Assembly (NCBI GenBank): GCA_964016885.1
Contig: OZ024740.1
Span: 397,110,001 to 397,174,000, forward strand
Length of the DNA: 64,000 bases
Direction of reading: 5' to 3'
From: Eledone cirrhosa
Taxonomy: Eukaryota
Below the pieces are notes generated by a model. The model was not told the DNA's origin. It worked only from the letters and a program-made list of their open reading frames with translations, and did no database searches. How positions within the stretch are numbered: position 1 is the first letter of the stretch; each line of letters opens with the position of its first letter. Made by a program: the position numbers and the translations under genes. This document shows, piece by piece, positions 54,462 through 64,000 of the stretch.

Positions 54462-54647
54462 CACACACAGAAATGTATATATATTTCTGTGTGTATATAT
54501 ATATATTTCTGTGTGTGTATATATATGTATATATTACACACACACAGAAATGTATATATGTTTCTGTAGCACTCCTCAATTCCCAGACATCCTCTGTTTT
54601 ATATATATAGACTAGCAGAAAACCGCCCACGAGTGGTTTTCTGCTAG
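54158..54647 (+). mobile_element. Non-autonomous Helitron-like element with internal palindrome
   Basis: A|TC start, TATAATATATAA then (TGTC)n, subterminal hairpin, CTAG|T end. Confidence 0.55.
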
Positions 54648-54689
54648 TCGGTATTTATATTTTACAATAATGTTTCAAGTTATTGTTGA

Positions 54690-55395
54690 TATCCTGCATG
54701 AAGTAGGCATTGCATGAGAAATCATCTTATTACTACTATCAGATGCTACCAGGTATGTGGTCAAAGTAGGTAATGCATGAAGATGCTTTATCCCAATTTT
54801 TTTCATGACATGTGTTGCATCGTGAGAGTCAAAGCTTTCTATGAAGATGTGAGTGGTCTTATTGTACCTGTAAAAGCTTCAACAGTCAAACATCGCACTA
54901 GAAAGGCCCATAGCAGCTAAATATTATGCCAAGAATTTACCCTGTGTTTGTGAGATAATTAATGGAATCAATGACGGAGTTATTCTTGTGGAAAAAGCTA
55001 AATGTTGTGTCAATTCGCCAACAATAGAAACGAGTTTGACACAGATAGTGCGATGCTATTTGCCACTAAAGGATTAAATATTTTAAAAATCGGAGAGTTC
55101 ACAATATTCAATTGAAGAAACATTTAAAAGTCTCACTGATTAGAATTTTGCCCAAGATCCATGCCAAATAAAAAAGTATCTGAGATCTAGATTGCAGGAA
55201 ACAATCTAGGATGAATTTGCCAAATGGAAAACTTGTCAAAATCCCCCATGGACTACAGTCTCTTATTTAAGTGTCAACCTACATCAGCTAGTGTTGCACA
55301 TAGTTTTTCAATGCTCGGTAAATTACTATCTGAAGACAGAGTTTTTTTTATTGAGAACGTGAAATTTTATATTGCAGCAATGTATAATATGTAAA
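54690..55395 (+). pseudogene. Decayed hAT-like transposase
   Basis: Broken frames read LLLSDATRYVVKVGNA, TCVA, CQPTSASVAHSFSMLGKLLSEDR (dimerisation-domain-like). Confidence 0.65.
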
Positions 55396-58300
55396 AAGTT
55401 TTGATTTTGTCATTTGATGTTTCTCACTTGTTGCATCAAAAGGGTGTTATGCAACAGTAACAAATTCATATATATATACATTCATATAAATATATAATGA
55501 GAAAAAGCAGGCAGAGAAAGAGGGATGGCAACAGATATATAGATATATAGATATACAAGAAGTAGCCATAGAATTTTGATGGTTATTTTACAAACTATAA
55601 AAATTGTTGGAACTATATAAAAAATAATGAAAAATATATTTCATTTCTTTTTCACATTGTTTTTTGTTTTTTTCTGATGTTTAACCCTTGAGATGGCATA
55701 AATTTGACATATGTAGTTTTAGGAGAAAACATCTTTGGCAATAGAATTCTTTGTTATACACTTGTCACTTCTACCTTGAGAAATGTTATCTATTATTTTC
55801 ATTTTTATGTCAAGAAGTTTAGTTTATAATCTTAACTCTGGAACAAAATTGATGATATAATTTTGTTTCTATCATGGTAGGACATGGTGGTACATCTTTA
55901 ACACATCTTTAAAAATCCTACTATGTTGAACTGCAGCCTTATCTTCACATCAGAGATACATGTATATGGCTGAACTCTAATCCACTATTCCAGTGAATGA
56001 ATTACAAAAGCTACCTACTGAGCTGTCGACTAATGAAAATATATCAGTATACAGGAAATGCTTTATTCTTCTAAGGAACATCTCTAATGTTGGTTCAATA
56101 ATAAAATGCACCCAGTACATTCTGGAAAGGGGTTTCTATTTGAAAGAGTAATCAACTGCAGAAATCATCTTCAAAATGGAACACATGAATGAGACAAAGT
56201 GCCCTGACTGCAGTCTACACAAGGTCAAGTTTTGACAGCATGAGGTTAGACATTATTTCTTCTGTATCAATTCTATTCCTGTTTTATCATATTTTAGAGC
56301 CAATGAGCTCAAAATATCAATATATTGAAAGAAATGAATCACCTATTTTCAATAAAAAAATATCCTAAACTCACTAATTCTTATACTATCATCATTATTT
56401 AATGTCTGTTCTTCCATGCTGGCTGTTGACTTGGTATTGTGTATGACCAACTTCTTTACCCCTTCTTCTTTCCCATGCAGTGCATTCTCTATCATGGGCT
56501 TCCACGATTCTACCTCACATTTCAATGTAAGATACAATGGCATTGGAGATAATATAATTGCAAAGAATTATACATAAAAATACATACATTCACCACAGCC
56601 CATGGTTAGAACAGGTAAAAGCATATACACACACATATGTATTGTCTACCCAGTGATGGCTGGGAAGAAACAAAACTTTTACAATTTCAGTTTTTTCAAT
56701 TACTCCTCCTCAATTTAACAATAACTAAACTAAACCATGAAGCTTAATTCTTAACCCTAAATCCAAATCCTAACCTTAAACATTAATCCTGAACCAAAAC
56801 TCTAAACTGCACTCCACTGTGGCCAGACCAGTTGAATGGCAGAACCCATTAAAAAATTGAAATCTCTTCTTATTGTTTCTGAATGCAAAAATAATTGTCA
56901 ATAGATTGATAGCGGTTTAAGAAAAAAACGTTAAATGTATATTATTTACTGTGTGACTGCAAATATGTGGACACAAGAGAGATTAAAAATGTTTGTGTAT
57001 GTTTTTGTATAAGTGTTTGTGCATTTTTTGTAGTTTTTTGATGATCAGTCCCTTCATTAATAGCTGCAGCAAATAGCATTTCTCTTTATTGCATAATAAA
57101 TAGAAATAAATAGACAGACAGACATAGAGACAGAGTGATATACATAGAGGGATAGATAGAGAGGGAGATAGATAGATTGAAAGACAGACAGACATCCAAA
57201 ATGAATGTTTGCTTCTGTGTATATGCTGTTTACATGGATTTATAATCAGTTAATTTCAGTTATCATTGTGTATTACTGGCAGTCAAGACAGACTTATATT
57301 CTTTTAATTATAAATCATATATATATAAAATATATATTCAATTTATGCTAATGTAAAGTTTCAATGTATGTTAACATAAATTCAAAATTCGTAACCAGCT
57401 CAATAGTTCTAAAAATAAACACACGCACAAATTTCATATTTCATTGTTTTCAACACTAACAATAGTTTTAAACTTAATTCATTTTGGATCACAGTGATCT
57501 CATTATATTTATGTTTCAGATTTGATTGAGCTGATAAAAACAACATTCAGGAGTTCAACACAAGTAAAAAGCTAAGAAACAGACAAAACAAGGGTAAATA
57601 TTTCTGAAATACTTTGGTATACAGAAAGCAAATCAAAAACAAGAATAAGGCTGTACTCTTGTTGAAAGGAGCACTGTGAGAGCAGAATGTTGTGCTTTGA
57701 CTTCAAATGATATAAACTCTAAGATTGAATTTTTACAAATTGTTGATATTTCTGGAAAAAACTCATAGTTGAAAATGATTATTGTTTCTGATTTGAATTG
57801 AGGTGACCCTACCAGCTGCCACTATTGTTTCAGTGATAATTTGTGTATAACAACACAAACCACATCAGAGTGTATCACAAGATTTCCCCAAACATAAAAA
57901 AAAATTAACAGAAAAACTTTGCTCCAGTATGCAATCAGAGGAGGCTAGCAAACGCTGAAGAAGTGTACTATCAGCGGATGACGTATGTACTTTTTAGTTT
58001 TTATTAAAAATTGCTTAGTAAAAGAAAAAATAAATAAACGAAAAGAAAAATTTTAAATAGTGCTTCATGCGTACAACATGTTAAAAAGACTAGCAGAACA
58101 CTGAAGCAATACTTTCTTCAGGTATGAAGAATAATGACCATTTAGAAAACTATAAAACTTAGCATGAAATTGAATTGCCCTAAAGATAAAGGATTGGTTC
58201 TATTAACCAGCTGAAAATTAAATAAGAAAATAATATTGGTGACATCTCTTCCAACAATTGATGGTTTTCATTGGAATCGTTGGCATGCAAAATTTATTCT

Positions 58301-58719
58301 GTGGTTCAAAAGAAAATTCTATTGTGCTAGCAATGGAAATTCTTTTATAGTTCTTAGACTATCTTGCTTTTTTCATCCTATCATGAATGGACATTTGCAT
58401 AGAATTAAGAATAAAGAAACAGTAGTTCACTACTATGAAAAACATACACAAAATGTACTGATACAGATTTTAGCAGGTGTTATATTACAATAAATTTTAA
58501 CATAGAAATTTAGCTAAATTGTATTTATTTATCCTGGACTGAACACCTGTTAGTAATATTAAGCAAATGACTGTATAGTCTGTTGATGCAATCAAACCAA
58601 ATACAATGTTTCAGCCTGAAGTTATAAATGAAGATTTTAAGAAATTTATTCCATTAAAAGAAACTACTATTTCTCTATCATCCTGTCTATCTTTCAATTC
58701 ATCTGTCTCTCTCTCTTCT

Positions 58720-58767
58720 TATATGTACATATATATATATATGCATATGTACATATATATATATATA

Positions 58768-58798
<31 letters not shown>

Positions 58799-58864
58799 GC
58801 ATATGTATATATACATATATATATATATATGCATATGTATATATACATATATATATATATATGC

Positions 58865-58896
<32 letters not shown>

Positions 58897-58898
58897 GC

Positions 58899-58930
<32 letters not shown>

Positions 58931-58998
58931 GCATATGTATATGTATATATACATATATATATATGCATATGTATATATACATATATATATATATATGC

Positions 58999-59034
<36 letters not shown>

Positions 59035-59145
59035 GCATATGTATATGTATATATACATATATATATATGCATATGTATATATACATATATATATATATGC
59101 ATATGTATATATATATATATATATGTATGCATAATTATATATATA
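58720..59145. repeat. (TA)n with periodic TGCA units
   Basis: Direct reading. Confidence 0.95.
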
Positions 59146-59448
59146 AATGCATAATTATATAGGCAAAGATGGCGTAGGCATACAATGCAACAGGAGGAAA
59201 CATAATAGCACCACTGACGATGTTGCAGATGTGCAACGAAAGAATGTTAGCCTATATATGTGTTTGTGTCTATATTGTATCTGTATTTTTGACCGTTGGT
59301 CAGTCAATGGTAACATTGAGGACCGAATAAATTAAATTAACCGATATAAAAGACACAGAAATGAAAACCAACCAAACAGTGAGTGTGTTCTGTTATTAAT
59401 TCTGGCAATATTATTACACAAATATGACCCTCCCCAAGTATAACAACA

Positions 59449-59500
<52 letters not shown>

Positions 59501-59561
59501 ATTATGCATACATATATATATGCATACATAATTATATATATATATATATATACATCATTAT

Positions 59562-59830
59562 CAAATCCCGCCGAGGTTAACTTTGCCTTTCATCTTTACA
59601 GGGTCGATAAAATAAAGTACCAGTAATGTACTGGTTAATTGCTGGCCTTGCGCCAAAAGTAGAAACGATTATTATCATCATTTTTACATCCACTTTTCCA
59701 TGCTAACATGGGTTGGATGGGTCCTTCTCAGCACGGTATCTCTCGACTTGTCGCGTTAGCTTCGTCATCTCCTCTTCCAGTCTTAGCAATTTGAGGTCAG
59801 GTTTCACAACAACCTCTGCCCAGGTGTTTT
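59562..59830. mobile_element. SINE family 1 3' half (+, 59562-59675) abutting RTE 3' fragment (-, 59675-59830)
   Basis: Homology to 3838-3952 and 3297-3436. Confidence 0.8.
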
Positions 59831-59929
59831 TTGGTTATCATCTACAACAACTACTCCCACACTAACACACAAATTCTTACTACCCTGCCATCACCATCAT
59901 TGTCACTATCGCCATCCCCTACTCACCAC

Positions 59930-60035
59930 CATAGACGAGCTGGCCAGCCGCAGGTGTGAACCCCGCGAGTTGGAGTGGCTCTTCCAGTTCGTCTCCCTTG
60001 CCATCCTCCGGAGGAACGTCTTCTCTATCCTGTCC
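59930..60035 (+). pseudogene. CRE-like LINE extreme C-terminal fragment
   Basis: Reads EPRELEWLFQFVSLAILRRNVFSILSA, matching the LFQ...RGNA end at 51340-51400. Confidence 0.55.
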
Positions 60036-60773
60036 GCCAGGGATGTGTGTGTGTGTGTGGGGAGGGGGGGGTGCAGCACGTAACATTCCATATTTAAGTA
60101 TGTGCACTATCATATACATGCATAATGTAATTCTAAATAAATGTGTACATTGAAATCACTATGAACAGCTGTTCATCATGGGACATATAAACCAATTCCT
60201 TGTACATTCAATTGTTTATGAGTCTACTACAATAGGAATTCTGAAATTTGACACCTCTTAAAATCTGACATTCCTCAACCATTGGACACCAGCCATACTC
60301 ACTGAACCAGATCACTCCAATTTTTCTTCTCTTCTCCCACTTTCTGAACATCCATTTTGGGTTTAAAAATTACTTTGCCTAATTATGTGACTGTCACCAA
60401 CAAATAATTGTTTCTACTTTTTTTCTAGGAATTTTGAGCCACTTTTTCTGGAGGGAAAAAATGATTATCTAATCACGTAACTGTCATCAACCAACAAAAT
60501 TACATGTTAAACAAATAGCAATCGGAGCCACTTTTTTTGTATAAAACAGAAAGAATTTTCAAATTCCAGTTAGATGTGTGACACAGCACAACAGAAACAC
60601 AAACCCTCCATCTCAATTTTAATTTTGATAATCTTAAGAACTGTGAAACCAGTAAAGTAAATAAATATTCTTAAAAGACTCCAGTTGCATTTTCAATTTC
60701 TTTTCCATATATTTTTACTTGTATGGGACTTTTAAAAAAACCTTACTTTCTCATATATATGTGTGTGTGTGTG

Positions 60774-60805
<32 letters not shown>

Positions 60806-60842
60806 TACATATATATATGCATATATATATGTATATATATAC

Positions 60843-61156
60843 ATCCACACTGTAAAGTGATCGTGATGGCGACACAACAAAAAGCAACCAGCCCAGACTT
60901 TCAAGTGGTCATGATGGCGACATGGCAAAAAGCCCACACTGTAAAGTAGTTGCATAGGTGTGACGGCCCAAAGTACCCAGTAATCACTGTAAATGAGGTT
61001 GGCATTAGGAAGGGCATCCAGCTGTAGAATCCAAGCCAAAATCGGTTCTGTATGAGCATGACATGGTCATCTGACCTGGCATTGCTCACAACAAGATAAC
61101 TCATCTAACCCATGCACGCAAGTAAAAATGGACATTAAACGGTGATGGTGATGATA
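60843..61156 (+). mobile_element. RTE family C-like 3' UTR fragment
   Basis: AGGAAGGGCATCCAGCTGTAGAA motif, (GAT)n tail. Confidence 0.8.
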
Positions 61157-61228
61157 TATATATATACATACATTTGCATATATAAAGGGAGTGGTAAAAA
61201 AATCTCCTATATTTTACATTTGGGAGGT

Positions 61229-61262
61229 ATATATACACACACATATATATATACATACATAT

Positions 61263-61293
<31 letters not shown>

Positions 61294-61499
61294 CATATAT
61301 ACATACATATATATACATATATATACATACATATATATATATACATATATACATATATACATATACATACATACATATATATATACATACATATATATAA
61401 TTACATATATATATATATACATACATATATATATACATACATACATATGTATATACATACATACATATATATATACATACATATATATATACATACATA

Positions 61500-61540
<41 letters not shown>

Positions 61541-61774
61541 ACATATATATATATACATACATATATATACATATATATATATACATACATATATATATAT
61601 ACATACATATATATATATACATACATATATATATATACATACATATATATATATACATACATACATATATATATATACATACATACATATATATACATAC
61701 ACATATATACATATATACATACATATATATATATATACATACATATATACATATATATATATATACATATATAC

Positions 61775-61807
<33 letters not shown>

Positions 61808-61957
61808 CATACATACATACATATATATACATATATATATACATATATATATATATACATATATATATACATATATATATATATACATATATTCATACAT
61901 ATATATATACATATATATATATATACATATATACATACATATATACATATATATATA
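61229..61957. repeat. (TA)n/(TACA)n microsatellite
   Basis: Direct reading. Confidence 0.95.
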
Positions 61958-62356
61958 TCATCATCATCATCATCATTCGTCGACTACTGTCGAGATGATG
62001 GATCTCACTCTCATGCCCCAGAATTCCCCGTCTCCCATCGCAGCCCCCAGGTCCTGTCTACTGATTCCCGTATCCCTAGAGATAACGTCAGGGAATGACA
62101 GCTTCCTACTCCTAGTCAGGCTGGAGTCAGGGTTCCAGAGCAAGAGAGCGGATATGATTTCATTGCTGGCACAGTGACAGTGGCCAGCAAATTGAGCTCT
62201 CCGGGATTTTAGAAGGGCAGAGGCTCAAAGGAGTTTGCCATAGATTTTAGACAAGGTGGGATGTCGTTTCCAGGATAGGTTTTGCACTCTCATTAAGAGG
62301 CGGGTATATGTGCCATCCAATCTCCTCTCAAGTTGTGATGTTAGTGTCCAAGTTTA
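61958..62356 (-). mobile_element. 3' fragment of a further RTE-group LINE
   Basis: Minus strand reads [33 protein letters not shown]...QFAGHC...LLLW...[10 protein letters not shown]; (GAT)n tail. Confidence 0.8.
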
Positions 62357-62365
62357 CATACATAT

Positions 62366-62442
<77 letters not shown>

Positions 62443-62473
62443 TATATGTATATACATACATATATACATATAT

Positions 62474-62580
62474 ATGAGGTGTGTCAGAAAAGTTCCAGGA
62501 CTGATGTCACATAAGATTAATTTCAAACCCAAACTTCACACTAAGAGTTTTCTCCTTCAAAGTAATCGCCTTGGAGTATG
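62474..62580. mobile_element. Mariner-like terminal fragment
   Basis: TA-TGAGGTGTGTCAGAAAAGTTCC resembles mariner TIR start; no partner TIR seen. Confidence 0.45.
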
Positions 62581-62750
62581 TAACTGTAATCTTAGCTCTC
62601 TACAGCGATCAAACTTTTTTCTTTATAATTTTATATACATGTCCTCTGTTTCGCTTTGTTCGTTTGTAAACAAACTGAACAGCCTGAATTTTTTATGCCG
62701 TACGGTGTTAAGGCAACCACGTCACCTTTTTGTTCAACACTGACACAGGA

Positions 62751-62788
62751 ACGATGTACTAGTTTCAAGCTTGTTAGCTATCATCAGC
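62751..62788 (-). ncRNA. Hammerhead core, inverted copy lacking the native stem I 5' strand
   Basis: Minus strand G CUGAUGA UAGCUAACAAGCUU GAAA CUA GUA CAUCGU. Confidence 0.6.
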
Positions 62789-63128
62789 TGTTCAGTTTGT
62801 TTACAAACGAACAAAGCGGCATTATAATAAGCGTCCGCTAAACTGATACGTGCATATATGTATGTGTACCTGTATGTATATATATATATGTATGCTACTG
62901 TACGTCTGTATACATATATGTATGTACGTATACACACATACTTACATTTAAGTAAGTGCCGTACTAAGAGTGAGAAATGAAATTTCGTTTTCATTTTATT
63001 TCAACTTATCGTTTTCGGTATGCCTGACCGACTTAGCTCACTCGATATGCAAATTAGGCTGCTCAGCCGTTAATTTTCATAAGGAAAGTATATACTTTCG
63101 AACGTTCAACTATCTGGCAGATGGGTAT

Positions 63129-63171
63129 ACGGTGCTGATGATAGCTAACAAGCTTGAAACTAGTACATTGT
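63129..63171 (+). ncRNA. Minimal type I hammerhead ribozyme motif
   Basis: ACGGUG CUGAUGA U-AGCU-AACA-AGCU-U GAAA CUA GUA CAUUGU; palindromic ACUAGU stem III; predicted cut after 63165. Confidence 0.75.
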
Positions 63172-63328
63172 TCCTGTGTCAGTGTTGAACAAAAAGGTGA
63201 CGTGGTTGCCTTAACACCGTACGGCATAAAAAATTCAGGCTGTTCAGTTTGTTTACAAACGAACAAAGCGGCGTTATAATAAGCGTCCGCTAAACTGATA
63301 CGTGCATATATGTATGTGTACCTGTATG

Positions 63329-63361
<33 letters not shown>

Positions 63362-63452
63362 GCATACTACTGTACGTCTGTATACATATATGTATGTACG
63401 TATACACACATACTTACATATATATTTACATATACATATATATTTACATATA

Positions 63453-64000
63453 CATCATCATCATCATCATCATCATCAACGTTTAACGTCCGTGTTCCAC
63501 GCTTGCATGGGTTTGGACGGGGGTAGTCCCACTTGAGGCAAGAGTGATTGTCTTGCTCGCATAGGACTGTCTGGCAGGTTTTCTACAGTTGGATGCCCTT
63601 CCTAACACCAACCACATTTACAGTGTGGGTCTGGGAGGTTTTTACCGTGTTGCCTACACGGCCACATTACAGCGTGGACTGTGTGTTTTTTTGTCGTGAC
63701 ACCTACACGATCTCATTTGTTTCGGCCTCGATGGCGCGGCACCAACATAACTTTACATAGAACGGGGTGGTGTGGATCGGGTGGGGGTGGTGGTGGTGGG
63801 ACGGGGTGTATTTTGTTAGAGATGCCTACTGGCTGGAGTAGGTTTTACTATATATTTAGGTAAGGCGGGTCTTCTCTGTTACTGAGTACCGCCAAAGGTC
63901 TCGGTCCAGTGACATTGTCTTGGAGAGGTGTAAGTGTGTGATGTCGGAGTTTATCAGCTCGTCCCAGGTTTTTCTAGGTCTGCCTATTCCGTGACTACCG
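63453..64000 (-). mobile_element. RTE family B 3' end (runs off window)
   Basis: Matches 8909-9430. Confidence 0.9.

Larger units (their letters stand above)
62652..63420 (+). mobile_element. Non-coding Penelope-like/retrozyme element: inverted piece, partial tandem copy, ~452 bp unit
   Basis: 62652-62788 is reverse complement of 63134-63269; 62788-62945 repeats 63240-63418. Confidence 0.85.

Noticed and set aside
57500-57600. Possible host exon (TTTCAG...GTAA)
   Set aside because: No recognisable protein similarity and no supporting exons

Overview
AT-rich eukaryotic non-genic (intergenic or intronic) DNA. I found no host exon that I can support. The repeat content resembles an octopus-type cephalopod genome (inference from the SINE types and the heavy (TA)n/(TATG)n load). 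The window is a nested collection of retroelements. It holds at least three related RTE-clade LINE families (two near-full-length copies at about 40.7-44.3 kb and 46.6-50.0 kb, one at 25.5-28.1 kb, many 3' fragments), R4/Dong-type and CRE-type restriction-like-endonuclease LINE fragments, and a decayed Penelope-like element (RT plus C-terminal GIY-YIG). It also holds two tRNA-derived SINE families, a ~620 bp non-coding RTE derivative (6 copies), and DNA transposon remnants (piggyBac-like MITE, hAT, mariner end, Helitron-like). Most ORFs in the track are microsatellite or antisense artefacts. Most interesting: (1) a C4HC3 PHD finger inserted inside the reverse transcriptase of all three RTE families; (2) minimal hammerhead ribozymes in small non-coding Penelope-like/retrozyme elements; (3) a small repeat family whose copies each carry their own fold-back palindrome; (4) compensatory base-pair changes in the non-coding RTE derivative; (5) a SINE tail that is a mosaic of two LINE families; (6) locally templated inverted duplications at insertion junctions. 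All structure calls were made by eye and boundaries are approximate.
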